DNA of 64,000 nt from an uncultured Actinomycetota bacterium (GCA_964517765.1 CAZFEN010000005.1:5430-69429); one strand, 5' to 3'. Positions 37,867 through 49,831 are shown, counted from the first letter of the stretch. Made by a program: numbers and translations. The notes: a model not told the origin generated them from the letters alone.

Positions 37867-38615
37867 TGTCCGGTCATTCAAAGTGGCATTCAATCAAACA
37901 TAAAAAAGCTAAGGAAGATGCAAAGAGGGGCAATATGTTCGGTAAACTTAGCAGAAATATAATTGTGGCGGTAAAAGAAGGAGGAGGAAGCGATCCCAGA
38001 GACAATATAGCTCTTGCCAATGCAATTGCAAAAGCCAAAGAATATAATATGCCCCAGAGCAACATAGAGAGGGCGGTTAAAAAAGGAACCGGTGAAATAG
38101 AGGGAGGAAATTTCGAGAGCATTCTTTACGAAGGTTATGGTCCCGGTGGGATAGCTATAATAGTAGAAGTGATGACAGAGAACAGAAATAGAACCGCTTC
38201 GGATGTAAGAAACATTTTAAGCAGATATAATGGAACCCTGGGTGAGAGTGGAAGTGTGAGCTGGCAATTCGAAAGAAAAGGTATGATTATAGTGGAGCGA
38301 AGTGAAGTCAAAAATGAGGAAGAATTTATGCTCGGTATGATTGATAGTGGTGCTGAAGATATAGATGAAGATGATGATGTATATGAAATTAAAACTCCTC
38401 CTGTTGAATTTATAAAAGTAAGGGAAGCTCTCGAAAAAAATAAGATAAATATAAAATCCAGTGAACTGGGGCTTATACCCAAATCAGCTATTAAATTGTC
38501 TAAAGAAGAAAGCGTCAAAGTACTGAAACTGCTCAACGCACTTGATGAACACGATGATGTCCAGAATGTAACCTCTAATCTTGAGATCTCGGATGAGATA
38601 TTAAGCGAAGTATAA
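37866..38615 (+). CDS. yebC: YebC/PmpR-family DNA-binding transcriptional regulator
   Basis: MSGHSKWHSIKHKK canonical N-terminus. ATG 37866 overlaps the pdxT stop. Confidence 0.9.
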   Translation: MSGHSKWHSIKHKKAKEDAKRGNMFGKLSRNIIVAVKEGGGSDPRDNIALANAIAKAKEYNMPQSNIERAVKKGTGEIEGGNFESILYEGYGPGGIAIIVEVMTENRNRTASDVRNILSRYNGTLGESGSVSWQFERKGMIIVERSEVKNEEEFMLGMIDSGAEDIDEDDDVYEIKTPPVEFIKVREALEKNKINIKSSELGLIPKSAIKLSKEESVKVLKLLNALDEHDDVQNVTSNLEISDEILSEV

Positions 38616-38625
38616 ATATTTAAAA

Positions 38626-39150
38626 ATGACGGATGATAGAATAAGAATATTAGGAATAGACCCGGGATTGGAAACTACAGGAATAAGTATACTGGACATA
38701 AGAAAAGGAGATTATTACCCTGTATATTCTGATTGTATCATCACAAAAAAGACCAGACCCGTCTGTGAAAGATTAGAAGATATCTACACAACAATCAATC
38801 AATTAATCAAGAAGTACTCCCCTGATTGTCTGGCAATAGAAGAAATTTTTTTTAATATGAATGTCAAATCGGCTATGGATGTTAGCCAGGCAAGGGGGGT
38901 CTCTATTCTTGCAGGAAGTATCAACAATCTGGAGATATACGAGTATACCCCACTTGAGGTAAAGCAGGCCATTGTTGGTTATGGTAAAGCAACAAAGAAG
39001 CAGATAAAATATATGTTAAAGATTATTTTAAAAATTGAAGATAATTTCTTTCCTAAAAAAGATGATGCATGGGACGCAATGGCTATATCGGTATGTCATG
39101 CAAACAATAAAAAGTTTCAAGATAAGGTTAAAATTATTAAAAATTATTGA
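38626..39150 (+). CDS. ruvC: Crossover junction endodeoxyribonuclease RuvC
   Basis: ILGIDPGLETTG N-terminus; 174 aa. Confidence 0.9.
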   Translation: MTDDRIRILGIDPGLETTGISILDIRKGDYYPVYSDCIITKKTRPVCERLEDIYTTINQLIKKYSPDCLAIEEIFFNMNVKSAMDVSQARGVSILAGSINNLEIYEYTPLEVKQAIVGYGKATKKQIKYMLKIILKIEDNFFPKKDDAWDAMAISVCHANNKKFQDKVKIIKNY

Positions 39151-39158
39151 CAGGTTAT

Positions 39159-39749
39159 ATGATTGCAAAGATATTCGGTAAGATAATAAAAAAATCTCCG
39201 TCGAGCATTCTGGTATTGACCGGAGGAATAGGATTCGAGATATTAATTTCAAGCAGAACTTTCGAAAAGATACCGGAAGCAGGTTCGGAAGTGGAACTTG
39301 ATATATATACTCATGTAAGAGAAGATGAATTAAAGCTGGTAGGTTTCCTTGACCTCTCGGATAAGAATTTTTTTCTAAAGCTTATAAGCGTTTCCGGTAT
39401 ATCGATTAAAATAGCATTGAGTGCCCTGTCTATATACAGCGGAGAGGAACTTGGAAGAATAATCTCAACGAGAGAAGTCGATCTTTTGAGAAGAATTCCG
39501 GGAATTGGCCTAAAACTTGCCGAGAGGATGATCGTGGAACTAAAAGATAAGCTTGAAGATATAAAGATGGCTGGAGCCATTCGTTCAGGTATGGAAGAAA
39601 ATGAAAAAATATATGAAGTGAAACAGGCTCTCAAGACCCTGGGGTATAATTCCAGAGAGATAGGAAAGGCTATATCAAGGTTAAGTGTTGATATCATAGA
39701 AAAAGAAAAAATAGAAGTTATACTTAAGATGGCTCTTAAGGAAATTTAA
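39159..39749 (+). CDS. ruvA: Holliday junction branch migration protein RuvA
   Basis: MIAKIFGKI..., HhH motifs, C-terminal domain III. Confidence 0.85.
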   Translation: MIAKIFGKIIKKSPSSILVLTGGIGFEILISSRTFEKIPEAGSEVELDIYTHVREDELKLVGFLDLSDKNFFLKLISVSGISIKIALSALSIYSGEELGRIISTREVDLLRRIPGIGLKLAERMIVELKDKLEDIKMAGAIRSGMEENEKIYEVKQALKTLGYNSREIGKAISRLSVDIIEKEKIEVILKMALKEI

Positions 39750-39771
39750 AAATAATGATCAGGTAAGCAAA

Positions 39772-40824
39772 ATGACCGAGAAAAATGAAGAAAATAACGA
39801 TATAAATCCCAAACATATAAAAGTTGATATCGAGCTGGACAAAAGTCTTCGCCCCAGATCCATATCGGAATTTATAGGTCAGGAAAAAATAGTAGAAAAT
39901 CTTCTGATATTTATTAAATCTGCCAGAAAGAGGAAAGAGCCACTGGACCATGTTATTTTATCCGGTCCGCCGGGTCTTGGTAAAACATGTCTGGGAGAAA
40001 TAATTGCAAATGAGCTGGGAGTCGGTTTCAGGATCACTTCCGGTCCGGCTATTGAAAGAGCAGGAGATCTGGCCGCGATCCTTACCAATCTTGAGAAATT
40101 CGATGTTCTATTTGTTGATGAAATACACAGATTGAACAGGAGTGTGGAGGAGATTTTATATCCGGTCATGGAAGACTATAAGCTGGATATAATAATAGGA
40201 AAGGGTCCCTCGGCGAAATCTATTAGAATAGATATTGCACCTTTTACGATTATTGGTGCGACAACAAGAATAGGACTCGTGGCTTCACCTTTAAGGGATA
40301 GATTTGGAGTAAATATTAGATTGGACTATTACGATAAGAAAAATGTCATCAAAATTATTAAAAGATCCGCAGCCATACTTGGCATAGAAGTAACCGATGA
40401 GGGTGCCGAAGTCATTGCCGGAAGGAGCAGAGGAACACCGAGAATTGCAAACAGATTACTTCGCAGAGTCAGAGATTATGCGCTTATGTCCAATGACAGT
40501 GTGGTGGACAAAGAGATTGCCGAAAAGGCACTGGGCAGACTTGATATAGATAAACTGGGCCTGGATGTAGTGGATAAAAAAATTTTACATACACTGGTTC
40601 TAAAATTCGATGGCGGACCAGTAGGAGTAGGAACAATAGCGGCTTCAATAGGTGAAGAAGTAGATACCGTCGAAGATGTTTACGAACCATATCTTTTACA
40701 GCTTGGATTTGTGAAAAGGACCTCAAAGGGCAGGGTTGCAACCGGTCTGGCTTTTAAGTATATGGGAGTAAAAAAAGAAACCAATCCAGGACTTTTTGAT
40801 AAATTACCCGAAAATGAAGATTGA
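39772..40824 (+). CDS. ruvB: Holliday junction DNA helicase RuvB
   Basis: [13 protein letters not shown] and Walker A GPPGLGKT. Confidence 0.9.
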   Translation: MTEKNEENNDINPKHIKVDIELDKSLRPRSISEFIGQEKIVENLLIFIKSARKRKEPLDHVILSGPPGLGKTCLGEIIANELGVGFRITSGPAIERAGDLAAILTNLEKFDVLFVDEIHRLNRSVEEILYPVMEDYKLDIIIGKGPSAKSIRIDIAPFTIIGATTRIGLVASPLRDRFGVNIRLDYYDKKNVIKIIKRSAAILGIEVTDEGAEVIAGRSRGTPRIANRLLRRVRDYALMSNDSVVDKEIAEKALGRLDIDKLGLDVVDKKILHTLVLKFDGGPVGVGTIAASIGEEVDTVEDVYEPYLLQLGFVKRTSKGRVATGLAFKYMGVKKETNPGLFDKLPENED

Positions 40825-41830
40825 ATTATTCGATTACGAACTTCCCCGGAAATTTATAGCTCAAAAACCTCTCCCCCGAAGAGATGAATCAAAGCTTCTG
40901 ATACTGGAAAGAAAAACAGGCAATATAAAACATGATATTTTTTATAATATCCCCGACTATTTTAATAAAGGAGATGTCCTGGCAGTTAATGAAAGTAAGG
41001 TCATACGCTGCAGGATCATGGGGGAAAAAGAAGGAACCGGTGCAAATATTGAATGCTTTGTCCTGAACAGGATCAAAGATAATCAGTATATAGTACTGAT
41101 AAAGCCTTCCAAAAGGGTTCAACCTTCGGATAAAATCATAATAAGCAGCAAATATTTTTTTACTGTAAAGACAAAATTGGACTACGGCCGGGCAATAGTA
41201 GAATTCAATAATCCTGTTGGTCCTATTTTTAAACAATGCGGCAGGATACCGCTTCCTCCTTATATAAAAAGCGATAATATAGACGAATCACGTTATCAGA
41301 CCATATATGCCGGAAGAGAAGGTTCTTCTGCCGCTCCTACCGCAGGCCTTCATTTTTCGGATAAATTGATTAAGAGATTAAAAAACAGGGGTATCACAAT
41401 AGCAAAACTTGGCCTTGATATAGGATTGGACACGTTCAGACCAATAACGACAGATGAGATAGAAGAACATAAAATGCACAGCGAGCATTATTATATCAAT
41501 GAGACAGAAGCGCGAAAGATCAGACATGCAAAGGAGAAAGGGAAAAGGACCATTGCGGTAGGTACCACTTCGGTCAGAGTTCTGGAAACCCTGATGACGA
41601 GATACGGCAAGATAACAGGAGACAGTGGAACGACCGATATTTTTATATATCCCGGTTATGAATTTAAAGCAGCAGATTGGATGATCACCAATTTTCACCT
41701 TCCCCGATCAACTCTTCTGGTAATGGTATCCGCATTCGCAGGAAGAGAGAACATTTTGAATGCATACGAAAATGCAAAGCAAAATAGTTATAGATTTTAT
41801 AGTTTTGGGGACTGCATGTTAATAAAATGA
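40814..41830 (+). CDS. queA: S-adenosylmethionine:tRNA ribosyltransferase-isomerase QueA
   Basis: [20 protein letters not shown] canonical N-terminus; overlaps the ruvB end by 11 nt. Confidence 0.9.
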   Translation: MKIELFDYELPRKFIAQKPLPRRDESKLLILERKTGNIKHDIFYNIPDYFNKGDVLAVNESKVIRCRIMGEKEGTGANIECFVLNRIKDNQYIVLIKPSKRVQPSDKIIISSKYFFTVKTKLDYGRAIVEFNNPVGPIFKQCGRIPLPPYIKSDNIDESRYQTIYAGREGSSAAPTAGLHFSDKLIKRLKNRGITIAKLGLDIGLDTFRPITTDEIEEHKMHSEHYYINETEARKIRHAKEKGKRTIAVGTTSVRVLETLMTRYGKITGDSGTTDIFIYPGYEFKAADWMITNFHLPRSTLLVMVSAFAGRENILNAYENAKQNSYRFYSFGDCMLIK

Positions 41831-42009
41831 GATTCTTTGATTTTCTAAAGGGGATTTTTTATTGGTCTATAATATTTTTCAAAACTGTTATAATGTAATG
41901 TTTGAAAAATTTAAAATATAGAGGTCACCTAAATTGAATAAATAAACGCAAGCATCTGGAGGAGAAAATATGGATCTAAAAAAATATCGATACAAACCGG
42001 AGGTAAAAC

Positions 42010-42534
42010 TTGGCTAATACAATAATGTGGACCCTGATAATCTTTGTTGCAAGAATTATCGATGTAAGTCTTGGTACCATAAGGGTAAATATGATAATAA
42101 GAAGAAAGAAAACCATTGCTGCTATGATAGGTTTTGTCGAGGTTACCATATTTATATCAATAATCGTAAGATTAATCAAAAATATCGACAATATTTACGG
42201 GATACTTGCTTATGGAGCTGGCTTTGCGGTGGGGACAGTTATAGGTATCTTGATATCCGAAAAATTATCACGCGATTTAGTAAGCACGAATATTATTTCC
42301 AGAAAATATAATGTGGAAATAAAAGAATTACTTTTAAAAGAGGATTTTGGATTTACCTGTTATAAAGGTGCCGGCAGACAGGGTGAGGTGGAGATCATTA
42401 ATGTGGTTTGCGGTCATGTCAGTCTTCAAAGATTGAACAAATTAATACACAATCGGGATCCGGGTGCTTTTGTAGTCAGTTATATGCTTGACAGAATACG
42501 AGGAGGATTTATCAGGGGATTAAAGAAGAAATAA
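42010..42534 (+). CDS. DUF2179/YitT-like small membrane protein
   Basis: N-terminal TM region with DVSLGTIRV, C-terminal DUF2179-like domain. TTG start 5 nt after the SD GGAGGT. Confidence 0.55.
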   Translation: MANTIMWTLIIFVARIIDVSLGTIRVNMIIRRKKTIAAMIGFVEVTIFISIIVRLIKNIDNIYGILAYGAGFAVGTVIGILISEKLSRDLVSTNIISRKYNVEIKELLLKEDFGFTCYKGAGRQGEVEIINVVCGHVSLQRLNKLIHNRDPGAFVVSYMLDRIRGGFIRGLKKK

Positions 42535-42709
42535 CAGCAATTAAGACTGTACAAATCCAAACTTTTATTTTTTTTTAACGTTTAATACAATGTAAAAAAT
42601 GAACATAAAAAATATTTTGTGAATTCTAGTTTACAAATGAAATGAAAGTATTAAGATAATGAAAAAGTTAGAATAAGATATTGATTTTAAAAAAGGGGTG
42701 CATTAAAAG

Positions 42710-44680
42710 ATGAAAGGAGATTCCTCAAATTGCGAACCTCCTCAAAAGAGTATCAATTCAAATTCATATAAGAAAACCATAGGGCCGATATCGAATCTGG
42801 AGGAGCATCTGAAGCCTGACTGGTGGAAAAATATTTTTAACTCAACTTACTTAAAAACCGATGGCGACGTCGTAGACGATAAACAAATCACCAGAAAAGA
42901 AGTAGATTTATTTATAAAAATTCTAAATTTATCCCCTGAAGACGGGATACTGGATTTGTGCTGCGGGCAGGGCAGGCATTGTATAGAGCTCGCAAACAGG
43001 GGTTTTAAACATGTCGAAGGACTTGATCGTTCGCATTACCTGATCCAGAGGGCAAAAAAGGAAAGCATGATGATAAAGTTCAGGGAAGGTGATGCAAGAA
43101 AGCTGCCTTATGCTCCGGATACATTTGATGCAGTGATGATTCTGGGAAATAGTTTTGGTTATTTCGAAACTTCCAAAGAAGATATGATGGTACTTAAAGA
43201 GGTCCTGAGGGTACTAAAACCCTGGGGGAGATTTTTAATTGATTTATCCGACGGAGAATATTTAAAGGAAAATATGAAATCGAGATCATGGGAGTGGATA
43301 GATAAAAAGTTTTTTGTATGTCGTGAACGGTCACTTTCTTTTGATAAAACCCGTTTGATTTCAAGAGAGATAATAAATGATGTCGATAACGGAGTCGTGA
43401 CGGATCAATTTTATGCCGAGAGGCTCTATACACAGGAAGAAATAATTGAATTTTTAAAACAAGCAGGTTTCAGCAATATTACGTCAAATGGAACGTTAAC
43501 ACCTGATTCAAAAAGAAATCAGGATCTGGGTATGACCGAAAGAAGAATCATCATATCTGCTATTGCCAAGAAGGAATGGTCTCCGGTAAAGGTAAAAAAA
43601 TCCCATTTAAAAAATGTTGCCGTTTTACTGGGTGACCCGAATAGAATAGATATTTTAAAGCCATTATATATGTTTGATGATGATGACCTGTATACTATCG
43701 ATCAATTAAAAGATTCCCTGAGAGATATCGAAAAAAATAATAACTATAAATTCCATTATCTTGATAACCACGAAACCATGATAAAGGACCTTATCAAAAC
43801 GCAGGAAAAGGGCAGGATTGATTTCGCATTCAATCTTTGTGACGAGGGTTATTACAATGATGCAAGAAAGGAGCTTCATGTACCTGCCTTACTGGACATT
43901 CTGGGAATTCCATATACCGGGTCCGAACCACAATGTCTTGCCCATTGTTATGATAAATCACTGGTGAGAGGTATTGCCGAAGAAATGGGGATTCCTACCC
44001 CGCAGGCTTTCTTTATAAAATCCGGGGATGCTTCATTCGAGGTACCCTTTGATTTCCCTATGTTTGTCAAGCCCAATTTCGGTGATTCAAGTTTTGGTAT
44101 AACCCAGAGGAATGTGGTTTATAGTATCGAAAAGACTTTAAATGTGATTTCTGAGATCCGTGACAAACTTGGATATGACAAACCGATTCTAATCGAGGAA
44201 TTTCTTTCAGGTAAAGATCTGAGCGTGGGGATAATCGGTAACTTTCCTGATTCTTATACCGTTCTTCCGATAATCGAAGAAGATTACTCGGAACTGCCCG
44301 CTGATCTTCCCAGGATCTGTGGTTATGAAGCAAAATGGCTTCAGGATTCACCTTACTGGAAGATTAAGTCCATACCTGCGGAATTACCGGCAGAAACCGA
44401 AAGAATTATTATAGGTTGTTCGCTGAGATTATTCGAAAGACTTGGATGCAGGGATTATGCACGTCTTGACTGGAGGTTGACCTCTAAAGGGAAACCAAAA
44501 CTATTGGAAGTAAATCCAAATCCGGGATGGTGCTGGGATGGTCATCTGGCTAAAATGTCAAAGATAAAGGATATACCATATAGCAGGATGCTGCTGATGA
44601 TTTTAAAAGAAGCCGAGAAAAGGTTCAAATCTCTGGAAAAAACTGACTTATCGAATTCAATAAAATCAATAGTAAAATAA
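42710..44680 (+). CDS. Fusion protein: N-terminal class I SAM-dependent methyltransferase plus C-terminal ATP-grasp (D-Ala-D-Ala ligase-like) domain
   Basis: Motif I ILDLCCGQGRH and post-I EGLDRS. C-terminal half has Ddl-like elements (LGIPYTGSEP, FPMFVKPNFGDSSFGI, ILIEEFLSGKDLSVGIIGN, LLEVNPNPGW); 656 aa. Confidence 0.7.
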   Translation: MKGDSSNCEPPQKSINSNSYKKTIGPISNLEEHLKPDWWKNIFNSTYLKTDGDVVDDKQITRKEVDLFIKILNLSPEDGILDLCCGQGRHCIELANRGFKHVEGLDRSHYLIQRAKKESMMIKFREGDARKLPYAPDTFDAVMILGNSFGYFETSKEDMMVLKEVLRVLKPWGRFLIDLSDGEYLKENMKSRSWEWIDKKFFVCRERSLSFDKTRLISREIINDVDNGVVTDQFYAERLYTQEEIIEFLKQAGFSNITSNGTLTPDSKRNQDLGMTERRIIISAIAKKEWSPVKVKKSHLKNVAVLLGDPNRIDILKPLYMFDDDDLYTIDQLKDSLRDIEKNNNYKFHYLDNHETMIKDLIKTQEKGRIDFAFNLCDEGYYNDARKELHVPALLDILGIPYTGSEPQCLAHCYDKSLVRGIAEEMGIPTPQAFFIKSGDASFEVPFDFPMFVKPNFGDSSFGITQRNVVYSIEKTLNVISEIRDKLGYDKPILIEEFLSGKDLSVGIIGNFPDSYTVLPIIEEDYSELPADLPRICGYEAKWLQDSPYWKIKSIPAELPAETERIIIGCSLRLFERLGCRDYARLDWRLTSKGKPKLLEVNPNPGWCWDGHLAKMSKIKDIPYSRMLLMILKEAEKRFKSLEKTDLSNSIKSIVK

Positions 44681-44896
44681 ATAGAAGCGTTATATCCTGC
44701 TCTTGGTATCGTAAATAAACCGCTGCTAAATCTCTCGAGATTACTTTTTTAAAGGAAATTCTGATACTACTAAATTTCGAAAATACAATATATCATATAG
44801 CATATCAAAAGAATTTTATGGTAATATCCAAAAAAAATCATGTTTACCATAAGAATATATAAAGGAAGAAAAAATTTTTAAAAAAGGAGAAGTGGG

Positions 44897-45613
44897 GTGG
44901 AAAAACAAGAAATAAATAAAATTTGTCAGTTATGCAAAAAACACAAGAAAAAAAGTGAATTACTTCCTCTTGAATTGATAGATCCTGAATTATTTGATTT
45001 CATTAAAGAGAAATATCCAGAATGCTCGGATCAAGGTTATATATGCAGAAATGATCTTAGTAATATAAGGCTTAAATATGTTGAAGAAGTTTTAAGGAAG
45101 GAAAAAGGTGAGCTTTCGGTTCTTGAAAAAGGGGTATTCGACAGTCTGAAGGAACAGGAAACAATTGCCAGGAATATAAACACAGAGTTTGAAGAACAAT
45201 CAACACTGGGGCAGAAATTATCAGATAAAATTGCAGCATTTGGTGGAAGCTGGAAGTTTATAATGATTTTTTTTGGGATTATCGTTGTCTGGATGATTAT
45301 AAATTCAGTAAGTCTTGCCGGGAAAAATTTCGACCCTTATCCTTTTATACTCCTGAATCTTGTACTTTCCTGTCTGGCTGCAGTACAGGCTCCTGTAATA
45401 CTTATGAGCCAGAACAGGCAGGAAGCCAAAGACAGATTGAGATCCAGGAACGATTATATCGTAAATCTGAAGGCTGAACTTGAGATAAGAAGTTTGAATG
45501 AAAAGATGGAGAATTTACTGGTTTATCAGTGGCAAAGGTTAATGGAAATACAAAAAATACAGACTGATATAATGAATGAGCTATCCGAAAAAAGCAGACG
45601 AAGAAATCCCTAG
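44897..45613 (+). CDS. DUF1003 family membrane protein with N-terminal Cys-rich (zinc-ribbon-like) region
   Basis: FGGSWKFI...LSCLAAVQAPVILMSQNRQEAKD matches the DUF1003 signature. N-terminal CQLCKK...CSDQGYICRND. GTG start after the SD AAGGAG. Confidence 0.65.
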   Translation: MEKQEINKICQLCKKHKKKSELLPLELIDPELFDFIKEKYPECSDQGYICRNDLSNIRLKYVEEVLRKEKGELSVLEKGVFDSLKEQETIARNINTEFEEQSTLGQKLSDKIAAFGGSWKFIMIFFGIIVVWMIINSVSLAGKNFDPYPFILLNLVLSCLAAVQAPVILMSQNRQEAKDRLRSRNDYIVNLKAELEIRSLNEKMENLLVYQWQRLMEIQKIQTDIMNELSEKSRRRNP

Positions 45614-45647
45614 AATGAGATAGTAAAAATAATATTTTAAGTGTTAA

Positions 45648-46790
<1,143 letters not shown>

Positions 46791-46870
46791 ATATATATTT
46801 GCAAAATTTTAAAAAAAGTTAATAATAGTAATATTTGATTTTAAAAAAGGTTATTCTAAAAGGAGTGATT

Positions 46871-47305
46871 ATGAAGTTATCAAAGAAGATTATTAGTATA
46901 TTAATTATCAGCATACTGGTAATAGCAATAGGTTCTTTATCTGTTGCATGTCTTCCGACAACAACAACCGGAGAGGGAACAACAACCGGAGACACGACAG
47001 CTGAAGGAACCGAAACTCAGCCAGTGACCGGATGGAAAGCAATATTTGCAAACTATGGGACATGGATCTGGTTGGCAATTTTAGTGGTAGCATTTTACTT
47101 TTTACTGATAAGGCCGCAAAGAGTAAGATCCAAAAAAGCCCAGGAAATGATGGCCAGCCTGCAGAGAGGCGATGAAGTCACCACTATAGGAGGATTTCAT
47201 GGAAGGATCAAGGATATAAGAGATGATGCAATTATAATTACCATTGCAAGTGGTGTTGACGTAAAGATAAGTAAAAGCGCTGTTACGAAAAAATCAGTTC
47301 AGTAA
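46871..47305 (+). CDS. yajC: Preprotein translocase subunit YajC (with extended Thr/Gly-rich N-terminal region)
   Basis: LLIRPQRVRSKKAQEMMASLQRGDEVTTIGGFHGRI matches the YajC core. Met 46871 follows the SD AAAAGGAG. Confidence 0.8.
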   Translation: MKLSKKIISILIISILVIAIGSLSVACLPTTTTGEGTTTGDTTAEGTETQPVTGWKAIFANYGTWIWLAILVVAFYFLLIRPQRVRSKKAQEMMASLQRGDEVTTIGGFHGRIKDIRDDAIIITIASGVDVKISKSAVTKKSVQ

Positions 47306-47310
47306 TAAGT

Positions 47311-48924
47311 ATGAGAAATAAGAAAGTTCATATAACTATTATTATTATCTTTATAATAATAGTCGGTATAAGTTTTTATTACATATTTACCAATCCCATA
47401 AATCTGGGTCTCGACCTGAAAGGCGGAACCCAGATAATTTTAAAGCCCATAGAAAGAGAAGGGGAAGAGGTAACTCCTGAAAAGCTAAATCGTACTATGG
47501 ACATTATAAGGGACAGGATAGATATGCTTGGAGTTTCAGAACCTCTGATTACAAAAGACCTCTCAAATAATATTGTAGTTCAGCTTCCCGGAGTAAAAGA
47601 CCCTGATACCGCAAAAGAAATAATAGGTAAAACTGCACAGCTTGAATTCAGGCTGGTTATTGGAACATTTATTTACAAGAAAGATGATGCCTGGAATATA
47701 GTAGGATTGGATTATAAAAAAGGAGAATTACTAATTGACCCCAATGCTGAAAAAACAATTTTAATTGACGATATAAATAAATTTTTCCAGAGAGAATCCG
47801 TACTAACTGTGGGTAATTTGATAAATGATCCTGAAACCAATGAAATGGTTCTTGTTGAGCCGCAAAGTCAAGCTGATTCAGAAGAAAATAAGGAAGATGA
47901 AAATACTGATTCCACAGAGTTGGATCTTGTCACCAAAGAAATTATAGGGGTAGTAAGATATGATCCTGAGACCATGCAAATACTTCTGGAAAAAGATGGA
48001 AAAGAAGTAGGAGAAATACTGATTGATGCTAGGAATGGCGCCGCAACTCTGGTTGGACCTGTACTAATAAAAGGTGATAAGCTTGCAAAGGCTCTTGCAG
48101 GTTATGACAATTATGGAGATATAAAAGTTGCTTTAAGTTTTAAGGATGAAGCGGTTGAAAAATTTAGTGAAATTACAACAGAAAATATTGGAAAAAAACT
48201 TGCAATAGTTCTGGATGATAAAATTGAAAATGCACCTTATCTAAAAGTTCCCATCACTGATGGATCTGCGGAAATTACCGGTATTGATAGCCTGGAGGAA
48301 GCAAAAAATATCGAGCTTGTTCTCCAGACAGGAGCATTTCCCATAAGTTTACATGAAGAAGAATACAGTACCGTAGGTCCAACTCTTGGGATGGATTCTT
48401 TAAACAGGGGCCTGTATGCGGGAATAATTGGTTTTGTTCTAATTATTATATTTATGTTCTCTTTTTACAGGGGTCTTGGATTATACTCAACTCTGGGTCT
48501 TATAATTTATGTTATATTATTCTGGGGTGTAATCTCGGCAATAGGTGCTACTCTGACGCTTCCAGGAATAGCGGGACTCATATTGACCATAGGTATGGCA
48601 GTGGATGCCAATGTCATAATTTTTGCCAGAATAAGAGAAGAAGCGCTTAAAAATAAATCCACAAGAGTTGCAATAGGATATGGTTTTAAAAATGCGCTGA
48701 GAACTATTGTCGATTCCAATGTAACCACTTTAATTACCGCATTAGCCTTATATAGATTTGGTACAGGTCCGATAAGGGGCTTTGCTGTTACATTGAGCCT
48801 CGGGGTGGTTATAAGTATGGTAATAAGTCTCTTGTTCACAAGATCTTTCATGTTTCTTATGTCAGGATTTCCAAGATTCGCGACACCGGGATTTTTAGGA
48901 ATTAAAAGAGAAAGCAGCGAATAG
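47311..48924 (+). CDS. secD: Protein translocase subunit SecD
   Basis: LGLDLKGGTQIIL N-terminal signature, large periplasmic domain, C-terminal 6 TM. Confidence 0.9.
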   Translation: MRNKKVHITIIIIFIIIVGISFYYIFTNPINLGLDLKGGTQIILKPIEREGEEVTPEKLNRTMDIIRDRIDMLGVSEPLITKDLSNNIVVQLPGVKDPDTAKEIIGKTAQLEFRLVIGTFIYKKDDAWNIVGLDYKKGELLIDPNAEKTILIDDINKFFQRESVLTVGNLINDPETNEMVLVEPQSQADSEENKEDENTDSTELDLVTKEIIGVVRYDPETMQILLEKDGKEVGEILIDARNGAATLVGPVLIKGDKLAKALAGYDNYGDIKVALSFKDEAVEKFSEITTENIGKKLAIVLDDKIENAPYLKVPITDGSAEITGIDSLEEAKNIELVLQTGAFPISLHEEEYSTVGPTLGMDSLNRGLYAGIIGFVLIIIFMFSFYRGLGLYSTLGLIIYVILFWGVISAIGATLTLPGIAGLILTIGMAVDANVIIFARIREEALKNKSTRVAIGYGFKNALRTIVDSNVTTLITALALYRFGTGPIRGFAVTLSLGVVISMVISLLFTRSFMFLMSGFPRFATPGFLGIKRESSE

Positions 48925-49829
48925 TGTTTAAGTTTAGAAATTTTTATTTTGATTTCGTAGGTAAAAGAAAAATATGGTTCATAATTTCCCTTGTTGTAAT
49001 ACTTGCAGGTCTTGCTGGTTTTCTTATCAGAGGATCAAGTTTAAATCTGGGCATTGATTTTCTCGGCGGATCGCTTATCGATGTTGAATTTTCAAGAGAT
49101 ACAAATACTTCCGAGATCCGAAGTGTGATCAGCGAAGTCGGACTGGAAAACGCGATAATACAACAAGCTGGATTCCAGCCGGGCGAATCAAACAGATTTA
49201 TTATTAGGACCACACCCATAGATTCGGAAACCAAAGAAGGGATGATTGATTTACTGGATGAAGAAATAGGTCTGGAAGGATCACCACTTCAGGATAGGAC
49301 GGTGGATGCCGGATTCAGTAAACAGATAACAAAATATGCCCTGATAGCCATTGGCATAAGCATAATCGGAATCTTGATCTATGTATGGATAAGATTCGAG
49401 TTCAGATTAGGAGCTACGGCAATTCTGGCTCTGATTCACGATGTGCTTGTAACCGTCGGAATATATGCCATTTTAAATCGTGAGATAAATACTTCGACAA
49501 TAGCTGCCATACTTACCATTATCGGATATTCAATAAACGATACCATCGTCGTATTCGATAGAATAAGAGAGAATACCCCTCTAAGCAGCAAATTGGGTTA
49601 CGGTAAAATCGTAAATGATTCCATAAATACTACTTTGACCAGATCATTAAATACCGCCCTTACCACATTGATTCCAATTCTTTTACTCCTTATTCTGGGA
49701 ACCAGTGCATTAAGAGATTTTGCAATGGCACTTGCAATAGGAATAATAGCAGGGACATATTCTTCCATATGTATTGCCAGTCCTATTCTTGTAGTATGGA
49801 ACAATAGGTTTCCAAGATATAAGAAATAA
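48924..49829 (+). CDS. secF: Protein translocase subunit SecF
   Basis: LNLGIDFLGGS signature and 6 TM; overlaps the secD stop. Confidence 0.9.
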   Translation: MFKFRNFYFDFVGKRKIWFIISLVVILAGLAGFLIRGSSLNLGIDFLGGSLIDVEFSRDTNTSEIRSVISEVGLENAIIQQAGFQPGESNRFIIRTTPIDSETKEGMIDLLDEEIGLEGSPLQDRTVDAGFSKQITKYALIAIGISIIGILIYVWIRFEFRLGATAILALIHDVLVTVGIYAILNREINTSTIAAILTIIGYSINDTIVVFDRIRENTPLSSKLGYGKIVNDSINTTLTRSLNTALTTLIPILLLLILGTSALRDFAMALAIGIIAGTYSSICIASPILVVWNNRFPRYKK

Positions 49830-49831
49830 CA

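Noticed and set aside
42027-42311. 94-aa ORF overlapping the DUF2179 gene in another frame
   Set aside because: Alternative frame of a gene with a recognisable family signature; Cys/Tyr/Lys-rich implausible product.
44780-44830. Inverted repeat TTATGGTAA / TTACCATAA upstream of the DUF1003 gene as an operator
   Set aside because: Only 8-9 bp with a 20-nt spacer in AT-rich DNA; not distinguishable from chance without comparative data.
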